Assembly (NCBI GenBank): GCA_001949185.1
Contig: BDGG01000009.1
Span: forward strand, 1,105,624-1,169,623
DNA: 64,000 nucleotides
Reading direction: 5' to 3'
From: Ramazzottius varieornatus
Taxonomy: Eukaryota > Animalia > Tardigrada
Below are positions 12,901-26,017 of the stretch, in pieces. Positions within the stretch are counted from its first letter, which is position 1; the number at the start of each line of letters is the position of its first letter. The notes under the pieces were generated by a model. That model was not told where the DNA came from and did no database searches. It was given only the letters and a program-made list of their open reading frames with translations. A program made the position numbers and the translations under genes.

Positions 12901-13147
12901 GGTGTTCGTCGCTACTCCGCTTGTCCAAATAAGCATCTGTAGAAATATTAATACAAATAAAATCATCGAATTCGTCCCTCAGAGCTGATGATGCAAATCA
13001 ACAACAATACCAACCGCGAATGTCGGAATGGAGACGATAGCTGAAAGGTATCTCCTCGCCGTAATCAGCCGAGAACTGCGCGACAACATTTTTTGGGACA
13101 CCAACGAAGCACAGTAAAACGATCATCGACCGAAGATGGTCACCCAT
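9943..13147 (-). CDS. Nicotinic acetylcholine receptor alpha subunit (Cys-loop cation channel), many small exons
   Basis: DEHRLLQYL...RPV, VDERNQVLTVNVWLEQ, Cys-loop CKIDTTYFPFDDQKC, LKLGSWIYDG, loop C RYACCEEPFPD (vicinal Cys marks an alpha subunit), M2 GEKINLGLTVLLAFSVF, M4 EWIEVGRIFDRFCF. The first exon encodes a signal-like sequence. Confidence 0.93.
10599..10793. repeat. Family A element, 2 units (nAChR intron)
   Basis: TGGGAGAGTGGCAAA...TTTGCCGACCTCTCA. Confidence 0.85.
12506..12718. repeat. Family A element, 2 units (nAChR intron)
   Basis: GGAACGTCGGCAAA...TCTGCCAACGTCTC. Confidence 0.85.
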
Positions 13148-14013
13148 CGCTCTCAAGATGAGGTGTTCAACGAAGAACTGTGGACGACTTGCAGAGCGGA
13201 AGACTACGATCGAGTGCGAACTGGGAGAAGCACAATGGCTGGAGTACGTAGGTCCTTGATCGACTTCTTATAAGAGTTCACAAGCGGCGCACAACCGCTC
13301 CTTTTTTCGACGAGGGTTCAAGACAGCCCAAGAAGAAGGAGGAAGTCAAAAAGGAAGTGAAGAGTAAGTGGTCGCTAACGCTTGTTGAATAAGCTGGTAA
13401 AGTGCTGGTTAAGGAGGAGGTGAAAGAAGGCAAATGCGCTCAAGATCCCAAAATGAGTACGTGTGGACCCAACCATGGCACCAGACGGATTATCCATTAT
13501 ATAGCACCTGAAGACTAAATTCAGATTATAGTCCACAGTCCACACCAGTAAAACACATCTGCACTGTACAAAGAAGGGTAAAGTTTACTTTGTAATTCGA
13601 GTCCTTTCCATCTTTTATGGATCTTCCTATTGATGCCATCCCCAACTTTTGATCGATAATCCACTGAATAACAGAAAAACTACACAAACTGCAAAAATCG
13701 AACGTTTGGGTTCAAGCATACAATACATAGCTGAATTGTCCGGGACAACACTGGTGTCAGCTTTCACACTGCTTATTACCTTCGGCATTCTCTTCTGGAA
13801 TCTGGAGGCGATCGCCAAACTGGGAAGTCCCGATTGACGAAGTGCAAAATCCTGCATGGGTCCCAAAGACGCGGCAAGACGTTCTCTTCGAACAATAATT
13901 GTGAGCGAAAGGGTTCATCAACAATCAACCGCTGGCTTAAGGCTAGTTCGTCATCGTGACCAATCAACCAATACATCCTATGCCGCGGAGTTTGTCGCAA
14001 ACTCCCACATAAA

Positions 14014-14228
14014 TGAGCAGTGGGCAGAGTAGATCAGTAAGGCGCGTTCAGATGACATCATATGAAGCGGGGCATTAAATTAGAGAATATCCGTAGACGA
14101 CCAATGAAAGCACAAAGTGTTTAAGTTTTGCGATCTTGATTGGCCAATTAAAGGAAATCTTTATTCCGTTGCCGCTCCATATTTTTTAAACTAGCCCCGC
14201 CTTACTGATCTACTCTGCCCGTTGCTCA
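14014..14228. mobile_element. MITE-like element with about 31-bp terminal inverted repeats
   Basis: TGAGCAGTGGGCAGAGTAGATCAGTAAGGCG at 14014-14044 and its reverse complement (2 mismatches) at 14198-14228. The interior is non-coding. Confidence 0.7.
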
Positions 14229-14497
14229 AATTAAGGTCGTTCTTCATAAAACATTCTTATCTTTCTCCCAGTCTTCTCAAAGTCAAGATAAAGTGTCAGA
14301 GGGAAAGTACTGCGCTTGAAGCCAATGCTGTGCTGGTGGCTGTTTTCAGGTGGGGGACCATTCTTGTGAGTTGTGACTATTCTGCTCCTCGACATCAGCG
14401 AAGATATTCCCATCCTGCTGTATGGTGACTGCTGTATGCTGCGAGATGCGGGTGAGGGACGGCGACACATCACTGTTTAGTGCCTTTGGCGGATAAG

Positions 14498-16295
14498 ATG
14501 CCTAACGCTGTTAATGCCAGCCTTACTGACGGCGACTTCGAAAAAATATTCTCGGCAAAGAAGACGTCGAAAGAATGTGTTTCCGGTGAAACAAACACTA
14601 GTCGAGTCAAGACACGCATCGTCTACCTCATCGCTTTCCTGGATCTCTTCGCTGCCAGTATGCTGACGCCTTTATTAAGACAGCGTATCCTCGATAGCGG
14701 AATCGGTTACACTGGCGCGGGCTTCATTGGGAGCATTTACGCGTTCTGCCAGCTGTTTTCCGGTCCCGTTTTGGGCGACTGGTACAAAAACATTCTTCCT
14801 CACAAACGTGTGGTGTACCATACAGACTTTTTGTTTCAGGTCAGATCACTACGGTCGGGGTCGAGTAATGTTCATTTCGATACTCCTCTCCAGCCTCGGT
14901 TACTTCCTTCTCGCGCCGTCCAACTCGGTCGTCGTCATCTGCGTCAGTCGCACTATCTGCGGATGTTTCAAACATACACAGACACTGTGTAAAGCCTTCC
15001 TAGCCGATCTTGACACCGAAGATGACCGACATAGTCGGAGAAAGAAGGACGACGAGGCTGAGATTTCTAACGAGCATACGCAGAGTACGGGAACTGATGG
15101 TGGGCGCTTTGGACCCTTCATGACCATTAGCACACTAGGTTTCGTCTTCGGTCCCATCATCGGTGGTCACATTAGCGAACACGAAGGCGGATTCGAAGTG
15201 GTGGCGAGCATAGTAGCAGCCATGTTCCTCGTGAATGCCCTCCTGGTCGGGAAGTACTTGAGTGGCACGAGAAGGCAGTCGCATATGACGAAGAAGGAGG
15301 CCGCTTCGTCGAAGAGCAGCTTGTGGACGGTCATGAAAGATAACGCCGACATCTTCCTGGTTCAGTTCTTAGTCTCGCTGAGCGTCATGGTCATCCGGAC
15401 TAATTATGTAGGTGATAAGTATCTGAGGACTCTAGCAACTCTTCCTACTTGACAAGATTCTTTTCCCAACTGGCGCACATTTCAGCTGTTATTTGCCGCA
15501 GCGGGCGCCACATGGAAGTGCAATCTGGTCGAGTTTTCCCAGTGGCGCATGTTGGCATTGTTATTGGTCGACAGCATGTGCCACTTGAGAAAACAGTCTT
15601 GTCGACTTTGGTAGTTTTCCGCAGTGGCGCATGTTTCCCGTGTTGTTGGCCGAAAGAATGCGCCACTTGAAAACCGATCTTGCCGATTGTATCCCTCCAG
15701 TCATCTGCAGGAGAAGTTTCGACGTCCAACGGTGCTGTCTGTTTATAGATTCAGTACGTGCAGGAGAACTTTGGAGTGTCCATAAAGTGGGCAGGGTACC
15801 TGACGGGCTACCAAGCGATGCTGGGCGTCATCGGCGCAATGTGCCTTTCGACGTCCATCATGAAGTGGTACCACCGACCCGCTGCATTGATGCTCCACGC
15901 AACGATAGCTCTGGGCATCAGCCTTTCCGGGATTGCTTTCACGCGCAGCTTTCCCATCTACGTCTTGTGCCTGACTATCTTGAATTTCGTTTCGCCTTTC
16001 AGGTACGTAGTTCTCTGAATATCATCCGTCTCATTGGCATGTAGTGGACTTTTGTTTCCATTGCAGTCGAATGGCCAACATGAATCAGATCCTGGACCGC
16101 GCCAAGTCACCCGAGCATCACGGTTCCTTGATGGGCACTCATCAGTCCATCGGGTCCTGTGCCAGACTCTCCAGCTCGGTCGTCAGCGGCGTTGCCCAAG
16201 ATCTTATCAGCCCAAAGTATGGCTCTGAGGTGGTTTCTATCGCATGTATAGCTATTGCCGTTGGCCAGCTACTGTCTCTAAAGCCAACCGCCTAG
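14498..16295 (+). CDS. Major facilitator superfamily transporter, MFSD9-like (4 exons)
   Basis: YLIAFLDLFAASM, GSIYAFCQLFSGPVLGDWSDHYGR (MFS motif A), SRTICGCFKHTQTLCKAFLAD, GFVFGPIIGG. Confidence 0.85.
15424..15728. repeat. Family A element, 3 units (MFSD9-like intron)
   Basis: Three TGGCGCA...GCCAC hairpins. Confidence 0.85.
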
Positions 16296-17539
16296 ATGCC
16301 TTGCCCTTTGAAATTCACCTCTCTGTTGCGTCCCGGTCTCTCTATGTTTTGCTGTGATATTAGAGTTTTTATTTTCAGAAGTTCAACGTTTGAAAGTTCT
16401 GAAGAGAAACGTATCAGAGTAAACGTACGATATTGGTGCGGCGTAAGGTGAAGTCCGCGAAGAATTTAGAGGTGTAGAGATCAATATGGTGTTTGTCCAC
16501 CTTGGCAAAATGATCAGAGTTCGTGGTGGCGGACCTTGTCTGGTTGGCCAAAGACCTCACCGGACGGTCTACGCTCATCTCTAACGTTCCGTGAACCGCA
16601 CTGAAGGTTTAAGTTCGGTGCATCGTTGTTTGGCACTTTCGACTTTGGAGCTTGGACTACACACAAGTGCCGACTGACGAGTCTTCAGCGGAGTATTAAT
16701 ATTAAAAAACACACGGAGAACCGAATCTCGCAGTCGCAGCCCGCGAGTAGCACTTCAGTGTGAAGCAAAATCCACCAGGCGGCAAATCAGCGCATCCGCC
16801 CTTCCCCCCATTTGAATCTCCCCCCGGGTAGGGGCGAGGCTTGCTGACGGACTGTGCTTCCCCTCGATGAAAGATCAATTGACCGAATTTTCCGCTAATA
16901 CGCTTCTCTAATTTGTTCTTCTTGGCATTTTGTTAACTTGGGCGAAGCGCAGGCTTGAGGCTTCCATTCGGAAGATTTGAGTTCGATTACTACGGGTCGT
17001 TTTTACTGGATGAGCGGAAAGACAGCCGGATCCTAAAGGAGCGCCGTAGAGCGATGGGAACGGCGTCGTCACGTACTGGAAGGTGGAAGGTTCTGTAGCA
17101 TGTTAGTCTTCAACTGACCGGTCACGCTATATCCTGAATTTCTGCTGGACATCGGATCTCTTGCAACGACTTGAAGGTAAGTTCTTGTGGTATATACTCT
17201 GTAACTAAAGGTGTAGAGGAATCTTGTGGCTAGCAACGGAAGTGCGGCCAGCTTGAACCCTTATACAACGATGATTGACTCATATATTATGTGCATAATG
17301 ATGATCATCGTCGTACTAAGAAGCACCACGAAAAATATATTAAAGATTCTAAAGATGAATTTTGCGGTTGATGCGACAAGTCTGATATTGCATAATTTAT
17401 CTTAACAAATCCTCATGGAGCTGCGATTGCCGGATTTAGTTTGTGAGGCGTGATCTGGACATCGTTGTCGGCCTGGTATATTCCTTCCCCATGTTTGCAG
17501 GATACATATTGTCCCATCGGGAGTGCTGAGTGGTGAGCG

Positions 17540-20500
17540 ATGGCTGAGGCCAAGTTAGCCGTCGCCTTCTCCTTCAATGTCTCCCACGAAGGAGTGCGGC
17601 TCGACTATGACAAAGAGCTGGTCAAGGAGTTGATGCACACAGCCAAACGATCATGGCGCTACCGCTTCATCCGCTTCTGGGTATGTTCTGCTTCTGTCTT
17701 GTACCATTAAGTACACATTTAAGGTGGGTATTTGCTTGCAGAACAACATCAAGAATGTCGTCTTCCCCTTTACGATGCCGTCGGTCGTTGCGCTGATCGT
17801 TCTTACCAGCTCTTTGACGGTCCACGACTATTTCGACATGAACTTTGACCCGACGTTCGGGCTGGCTAGGAGGCTGACAACCTTTGCTCCTTGGTGAGGA
17901 ACGGCCCAAATTCCATGTTGAAGTTTTTGAGGCATTCTGTAGTTTATTGCTAGGCTTTGGCTTTCAGGAATCTTCTTCCTGCTCGGGAATCTTTGATAGT
18001 TAGTGCAGTCACAATGAATACTGTCGGATGGGCTACCGTCATTTTCCTCGTACGATGGTCCATTCAGATGCTGCTGCATTATCATGGAGTCATGTACGAA
18101 CGACGGGGCATATATTCGTTAAAAACAAGAATTTGGTTTGTAAGTAACGTTTTGACACCATGGAATGTGGAAGCTACGCAGAGAAACTCACCAAGCTCGT
18201 TCTTCTGAGTGGCGCACTGTTTCACTGCTTTGGCTGCAAGCGTGCGCCACTTGGATGAGTGATGCTGGTCGCTTACCCCCAAGTGGCGCGCATTTTCATT
18301 GTTTCTAGCTGGACGATTGCGCCAGTTAGGAAAATGATGTTGTCGAGTTTGGTTCTTTTCTACAGTGGCGTACAATGTTGGTGTTATTGGCTGTGAACGT
18401 GCGCCACTTGGAAGAGCGTCTTGTCGAGTTTGTTTGCCTAGGTCCTATTTACTTATCCATAGTTTACAGTATGTTTGATTCAACCATCGTTCATCGGCAG
18501 ATTCTGATGAGGCTTCTTCAAGGAAATCGCAAGCCACAACTGTACAGTTTCTCTGGCATGATGCCAATTTTGCCGCTGCCGCCGTTAAAAGATACGATGC
18601 AGCGCGTAAGACGGCGTCTCGTGGTTCAGTGTGGTGTCTGGAGTTAATGATCGAAATATCTATAAATATCTACATGACATATAAACTTTTTGACAGTACC
18701 TTCGTTCGGTTCGTCCGCTTTTGGATGACAATGAATACACCCGCATGCTCAACCTTGCCATGGAATTCGAGACGGGCGTTGGCCGGCGGTTTCAGCGATA
18801 CCTGTATTTCAAATGGCTCATTTCCACGAATTACGTGAGTGCCTCGTTCAGTCCCGAAAATATTTTGCAGGCTGTCGAGAACATGGACTGAATTTTCGGA
18901 CTTGTGTCTTTCAGGTTTCTGATTGGTGGGAAGAGTATGTCTACCTCCGCTCCCGATCACCGATCATGATCAACAGTAACTTTTACGCTATGGTATGATA
19001 TAGTGTTTTTGGCAGATGGATCAGTCTAGACGGGACAGAGTATCTCTTCGTAGGACACTTTGCTCTTTCGCGGGACAAAGAATCAGGCAGCTCGCGCCGC
19101 CAACTTGATCTACTCGCTGCTATCTTTCCGGCGGATGCTTCACCGACAAGACGTCACGCCGGTGAGTGTTCCCTTCCAATCGCCCATCTGTTCGCCTCAT
19201 CAAGATGTTCTGTTTTACAGCTCATGTTGGATTCGTTGATACCTCTAGACTCATGGCAGTACCAGAGAACTTTCGATACAACCCGCGTACCAGGCATTGA
19301 AACTGATCGTGTGAGTTTTTGATATGGGTTTTTTGTCTTTGACCGTCTTTCTGGCCTGCTGGTAAAACATTTTTGTTTGGTTGTCGTTGAAGGTTTTTCA
19401 CTTCGACAACAGCACTCACATAGTCGCTCTCCATAAAGGTCGCTACTACAAGGTTCCCACTCATGGCAAAGGACGCCTGCTCAACCCCAAAGAACTTGAA
19501 CTGTACGTGCCAACTTCCTCTGGGAACTTTTTCTGTTGACATTGTCGACATGCAAATTAAAATATAATTTGTCGACGGTGGCTATTGAGTTACGCGCGGC
19601 GAGCATTATTTTGCATTGTATTTGCAGTCAGATGGAAAGAATTCTAGAAGATACCTCACCTCCACAACCCGGCGAGACGATGCTTGCGGCGCTAACGGCA
19701 GGCGAGCGGTAAGTTTTTCAACGCCTCAGCTGGCAGCGCACAGCTGTCGATGCATAATGGCCCTTGATCCCGGCTTTTTTGGCTTTTTCCAGGAAAGCGT
19801 GGGCTCAAATTCGCAACACGTACTTCACCCGAGGAGTCAACCGTGTTTCTCTCGAGACTATCGAACGAGTAAGACGTTGGGTTCGGTGTATGACTTCCAT
19901 ATGATTGTGGAGATCGGTGTTGGTTTTCAGGGAGCTTTCTTTCTGTGCTTGGATGAAGAAGAACATTATTATCTTGAGGTAACGAATTTTCTTTCATTTT
20001 ACAAAGATCATCTCGACGACGTTTGTGTTGTAGAGTGACGCGTCCAAGCTCGATGCCTACTGTAAGTGGCTGCTGCACGGAAACGGCAAGAACCGCTGGT
20101 ACGACAAATCCTTCAACGTCATTGTGATGGCAAATGGCAAGGTCAGATTTAGCACTTGTAACCTGTTTTTCTCCTGGTTTCGCTTTGGACTTGTAGCGGC
20201 TTGCTTTCACCTGTTGCATTCTTTTACAGGCTGGCTTGAACGTTGAACACTCATGGGCTGATGCGCCAGTTATCGGCCATGCCTGGGAGTGGGCCATCAC
20301 GGAAGACCTTGGCGTTTTGGGCTATACAGAGGCCGGCCACACAAAAGGCATGATTGTAGCCAACCCTACTCCCCCACAACGTCTACGGTTCGAGCTCCAT
20401 GATGAGGTAAGAATGACAACTAGACACAAGTTCGACAGGATTGTTGTGCGAAGTGGCGCACGCTTTCGGCAGATAACCTGAGAACATGCGTCACTTGGGA

Positions 20501-21964
20501 AAAGTGTCAAACTCGACAAGATTGTCCTCCATAGTGGCGCACATTTGCAGTATTGTCTGCTGGTAGCGTGCACCACTTGGAACAATGATCTGCTGGAGTT
20601 TGCTTGCCGAGGTCCCATGGTTATTTAGTAAACATCGCCAAGATTTAATTTTCATTTATCCGTATTGAGCTTTGGAATTTTAGTGTCTTGAGGAAATCGC
20701 CCACAGCTACCAGACAGCTAATGAACTATGCGACGACGTGGATCTTGTCGTCTTGATGTTCCAAGACTACGGCAAAGGCTTCATGAAAGGATGTAGAGTC
20801 AGTCCGGACGCCTACATCCAGCTTGCCCTACAGCTGGCGTACCGAAGGGTGACGATTCTGTCCAATCTAACCGGCCTGTACTTAGTTTACCTGTTTCCGC
20901 GTATCTTTCTAGGACGCTGGGAGATTCCATCTGACCTATGAAGCCTCGATGACGCGTCTGTTCCGCGAAGGTCGTACGGAAACTGTACGACCATGCACAA
21001 TCGAATCTACAGCCTTCGCAGAGTCCATGTTTGACGGAACGCCGGCAAGTCTTGCGAGACCGTTTCGTACAGCCTTGTATCTCGAAATGACTGTGTAACA
21101 GTGTCTTTTCATGTTAGGTTGAAGAAAGAATAGCGCTGCTGCGGAGAGCCTGTGAAGTCCATCAGCACAACTACTTGGACGCCATGTGCGGCAAAGGCAT
21201 CGACCGTCACCTTTTCTGCCTCTACGTCGTATCTAAGTATCTGCAAACCGAATCGCCTTTTTTGAACGAAGTTCTGAGCGAACCTTGGCGCTTGTCAACC
21301 AGTCAGGTAAGTTCGATATTTCTACTGCCATCCAAATACGTCAATATCTCGCTCTTTGACAGACACCACAAACTCAAACTGGACGGACAGACCTAACAAA
21401 GCGGCCAGAGGAAATTTCGCCGGGTGGTGGTTTTGGACCTGTGGCAGATGATGGCTACGGGGTATCCTACATCATTTCCGGCGAAAACGTCCTCTTCTTC
21501 CATATTTCGTCGAAGAAATCGTCGACAAAAACCGTACGTACTACTTACGAAACATTTGACCCAAGCAAACCGACTCGATGAGATCACTTCTTCAAGTGGT
21601 GTATTTTCTAACTGTTACTGGCTGAAACCGTGCGCCGCATGAAGAAACTCTCTTGTTGATTGTTTATAGTTTACCCAAGTGACGCACATTTTCGGCCAGT
21701 AATACCCGAAGAATGGCCCGCTTCGAAATACAATCCTGCCGAGTTTGTGTGCCGAAATGACAGATATCATCTTCTTGTGGAAATGTCTCTGTGGTCACTG
21801 ATCATTTTTTGTAGAACTCGGACAGATTTCGAAGAGCAATCAGGCAGTCGTTACTGGACATGAGAGCACTCTTCGACCCCAATGCCGACCGGAGCACGTC
21901 TCCAACTCAGACTCGCACCAGCGTTCCGCCAACAGTTGTTCCTGGTGGTCGGAGTAGCCGCTAA
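17540..21964 (+). CDS. CPT1: Carnitine O-palmitoyltransferase 1 (many exons)
   Basis: [13 protein letters not shown]-terminus, [46 protein letters not shown] (catalytic His), [61 protein letters not shown]. Confidence 0.95.
18168..18447. repeat. Family A element, 3 units (CPT1 intron)
   Basis: Three hairpins; right end TTTGCCTAGGTCCTA. Confidence 0.85.
20413..20617. repeat. Family A element, 2 units (CPT1 intron)
   Basis: Right end TTGCCGAGGTCCCA. Confidence 0.85.
21548..21760. repeat. Family A element, 2 degenerate units (CPT1 last intron)
   Basis: AAGTGGTGTA...GTGCGCCGCAT; AAGTGACGCAC. Confidence 0.65.
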
Positions 21965-22590
21965 CACAGAAAGGGTCCAAGTGTCGTGCCGCGTTTTTCG
22001 CTGGACTTCTGTCTGCCTCATTGGCCCATTGTTGTTTCTTTATTTATTCACAAGTTTGCCGATCCGTGCTGTTGTTTTGTGTGGTTTGCAAGGTGCGCCG
22101 CGCCGTTTGACCTTCTTTCTCATCTCTCATGGCTGTGATTGTTTGACAGCAATTAAGGTACTCCTTCGAATGGACTACGTCTACTGTATTTATCCTCCCA
22201 AGTGTGTTATCTCTGTTTATCTGCTGCTAAGTGGAAGCCTTTCCTCTGTTTATACCAAATGAATGCAGTGATCAGAAGAATCTATGACTGCCATCAAACA
22301 AGTTCACGTAGTCAAGAAGCTCACGTGTTATGACTTACGCGTCTTGCCGTGATACCAAGAAATTATTTACAAATTTTAAAAGCACAAAATTCGAAAAGAG
22401 GTAAATTACTATTGATAATCTCCAAACGTACGACGCTAGAGACATTGCAGTTCACAGAAAAGCGACACAATGTTAGTTGCAATACAGCGTCGAGCACTAA
22501 ACTCATCATCAGGGAGGCATCTCCCAAGCTGTTCGTGTGAAAGCACTTGTAAAAAGCAAGAACCCAAAAGGCACAAAACGACCGTCGTTA

Positions 22591-24228
22591 CTAAAACTTT
22601 GGTCTTCCGGCTGTCTCAAACAAGTCCGGCGAAGAACCCACTGTTGACCTAAACAAGGAGGTTATACCAGAAACTGCAGTACCAAAGGTAGACCGAGCCA
22701 TCTGGTGCTGAGGGTTGGCCGTGGGCAAGACCGAGCTAGAGGCAGCAGGGATGGCTTCCCAGTCTGTGTCTTCAAAGGTGTCCACTTCCACCGTGTCGTC
22801 CATGTAGATGCTCACGTCTTGGTTCGACCCCTGAAGTGCGAAATGCGGCGTGTCGTTCGGCGAGTCTTCTTCGCTGGAGAAGACGAGAACGTTACTCAAA
22901 TCATACGGTCCAGTCCTACAAAGCGACCCAATGTTCAACACTGTTTGGGGCTTGGAGACTTGGACAAATGATTTGCACCAGATCGTTTCACAAGTGGCGC
23001 AAAGTTCTGGTCAATTACACTGCAAAGTGCGCCACTTGGGAGAACCATCAAACTCGGGAGGACCGTTCTTCCAAGTGGCGCACATTTCAGGCCGAAAGCC
23101 ATAGATAAGCGCGCCACGAAAAAACCGTCTTGCTGAGTTTGTTTGCTGAGTTCTCGTATCGACAACTTCGGCCAGCGGTAGACTCTAACAGGAAGTTCTT
23201 ACTGACCTGCCTAACTGGCTGAACTTGATGAGCTTCATCAAGTTCCCCGCGGTTTCTTTCAAGGAGAAGTCTTCAACTTTCAAGCCTTGCGACGACATGA
23301 GCGTCAGGATATTCCAGTTAAGCTGATATACATTCTTCTGGAACGAACTCTCATCCAGCTCCTGGCCGAAGAAGACGCCGTAGTCCAGCAAGTCAGGCAT
23401 CTGAAAGTCCAGAATCTGGACGAGGACACTCATCAACTGCGCCACCATGCCGAGTCCAGCAGGCACTTCGTACAACGGGTTGCGCACATTCACTTCCGCT
23501 GGCTGCTCTTTCTTCTGAGCAGCGTAATTGTGGTAGGCCATGTAGTTGCCATCCAAGGGGAGTATCGGTTCCAGTATTCTGCAGTACTCTGCTTGATCGG
23601 ACGGGCAGTTCGGACGGAGCGGGAGCAACATCCGGTCGAGTTCGACCAATGGGAAGATGTCTTTCGTTAATTGCCTGATCGCGATCTGACGTCTTTTAAT
23701 GATATTTATGTCCATCAAATGGACCTCTTTTTTTCTCGACTCGAGTTCTTCGTGCTTTGCTATGATGCACTTCTTGATTTTCGTGCAGTTTTGTTGGAGA
23801 ATTTCGAAGCGAGAGTTTTGCTCATCGACGGAAGTCTGCCTTGTTTCAATTCTCGACAATGTTTGCTGGTTGTCTTTACGCTGGGAATCGATGCGTAACT
23901 GGAGACATCGGAGTATCCATGTCTTTCGGGCGACGAGTCGCTGTAGATCTTCGACAGTGTGGACGTCTTCGGAGATGTCGAGAAGTTCTTTGGCCAGTCC
24001 GAGGCGTCGTTGGTTAGCTTCCAATAGGGTCAATCGACGATCCGCTAACCGCGCATCTCTTCCCTTGGCCGAACTGGTGAAGTTTCCGCGGGCGACACAG
24101 TCCCCACAGTAGAACTTCTGGGCGTACGTCCCACAGCTTTGGCATAACCAAGAATTCAGCTGGGAAGGAGCAGTGTCTGCCAGTTCAGCCAGAGCTTCCG
24201 CCACCAAATCCTCCGTCGTCACCTCCAT
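22591..24228 (-). CDS. ATG14: Beclin 1-associated autophagy regulator ATG14 (2 coding exons: 23207-24228 and 22591-22915)
   Basis: N-terminal CQSC...FYCGDC-x-x-RGNF, coiled coil, LPLDGNY, C-terminal acidic DWE segment and amphipathic tail. Confidence 0.8.
22953..23156. repeat. Family A element, 2 units (ATG14 intron)
   Basis: Two AAGTGGCGCA hairpins. Confidence 0.85.
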
Positions 24229-24712
24229 CCCAGCTTAGTCGATGAGGGTATCCAGTCTTTCTCAGGCTGTCGCGTAATCCATACGGACAGGGAATCTGTA
24301 ACGAAGAAAGGTTAGTTCGAGTTACGACAAAGAAGAGAAAAGGAAGCCTATGGAAGATCAAAGAAATGAACAGCTGACTTCCAATCCGGGATGACAATCA
24401 TGACATGACAGAATGAGTTCTCATAGTAGAATCAACCGTATCCATTTTGTTGTTAGCTTGTATTGTCATAGAAGTGTTAGGTAACGGTCGCTGGTAACGT
24501 CATGGTTGATCAACAATTACGAATGACATACTAATGTCCATTCACACTTGAAAAATCTTCCTTGGATTGTCTTTTCGTTCCGACGTTAGATCTTCCTTTT
24601 GCCATTACTCCGCTTTCCCGGACCGTCGTGCTTACCTCGCTTCCCTAACGAACGTTCTGGTCCATATCCACCCAACGCGACGACTGTCCGACCGCTTTCC
24701 TAGTGTAAGAAG

Positions 24713-26017
24713 ATGGCATTGAAGGACGACGGTAATGTGCTGGACTTTATGCTGATCCTAGGAAATCTGAAGGTACCGTAACACGCTGTCATCCTCTAAG
24801 ATCAGGCCTGTTAGATGTCTGGTTCAACAGTAAGGACGTGCTCGTTAGCAGCGAAGCGCTTGTGACCACTCAGACAGATGTACAAGGATGCACTTCCGGT
24901 TGGTTTAGATGGTTTACATAAGACGTTTCGTTCTTCCAGAAGAACAAGCGAACTGGCTGGATCTTGCGGGGCGTACCCGCGCCAGAAAGCGTAGCGGATC
25001 ACATGTACCGAATGGCCATTCTTGCCATGCTACTGGATGAGAAGGCGTCACTTGACCAGTCAGTCCCGGAAGGACACCCCTTGGATAAGAACAGGTGCGT
25101 ACTGCCAACGGTTAATCTCCTCCTTCCGGCACTCACTTATGGTACAGGCTCTGGGATTGATGTTTTGTTGTAGATGCATTAAGGTCGCTTTGGTGCACGA
25201 CATGTGCGAGGCCGTCGTCGGAGACATCACCCCTTACTGCGGAGTTTCCGTCGAGGATAAGCATTGTCAGGAAAAGGTTGGTCAGAAACAAACCCTGAAG
25301 CGCTTTTCGGACGCTGGTCTTACGTTTCATCCCCCTACAGGCCGCTATGATTGACATGTGTGAGAAACTGCAGAAGAACCTGGCCGATGAGATCTTGGAG
25401 CTGTACGAAGTTAGTTTTAAATCTGCTTTTTGAATTGGCGCACGTTTTCAGTATTATTGGCTAGAAGCGTGCGCCACTTGGAAAAGATAAATTGTCGAGT
25501 TTGGTTATTTTCCCAACTACTGTACCTGCACCTTTTTAAAACATGCTCCAGCTGGAAAAAGGATTTAGTCGAGCTGGCTTGCTTCGGTCGTGACTGCTTA
25601 TCCGAAGTTGTCTGTACCATTCCAATTCTGTAGGAATATGAAAATCAAGAAACCTTGGAGGCACAAACTGTAAAAGATCTCGACCGCTTCGAGATGATCC
25701 TACAGGCTTACGAATACGAAGTGGAACACAGGAGAGAAGATAAGCCTCAGTATCTGGAAGAGTTCTTCGAAAGTACAAAAGGTATTTTCAGACGGTGATT
25801 TCTTCCTTGGCGACGTCGGATATGTCCCTGATGAAAATGCATGACCACTCGAACACGACACTTATTGTTTGCAGGCAAATTCAAGAACCCTCAAGTGCAG
25901 GGCTGGGTCCGGCGCCTGTACGAACTTCGCCAAGTCCTCCACAGTCCGTCGAGCAAGTCTCCGCCCGCGGTTCCTGCTGGAAGCGCTGGCAACTCACCCA
26001 CCTCCTCACCCACGTGA
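24713..26017 (+). CDS. HDDC2: HD-domain 5'-deoxynucleotidase HDDC2 (6 exons)
   Basis: LKKNKRTGW...[57 protein letters not shown]. Confidence 0.93.
25415..25595. repeat. Family A element, 2 units (HDDC2 intron)
   Basis: AATTGGCGCAC-N25-GTGCGCCACTT plus a degenerate unit. Confidence 0.8.

Noticed and set aside
15449-15670. Short ORFs with recurring peptides such as QVAH, SGAR, KWRT, VRHL, CATW and APLE
   Set aside because: These are translations of the family A palindrome in introns, not real proteins.
15424-15728. CRISPR-like reading of family A arrays (conserved repeats with constant-length variable spacers)
   Set aside because: The spacers are homologous to one another (AGCCAATAACAC consensus in either orientation), the repeats are inverted, arrays have only 1-3 units, there are no cas genes, and the context is eukaryotic introns.
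16300-17500. Possible ncRNA or tRNA in the GC-rich stretch upstream of CPT1
   Set aside because: No cloverleaf or A/B boxes were seen. It is more likely promoter and 5' UTR exon sequence (GTAAGT donor at about 17177).
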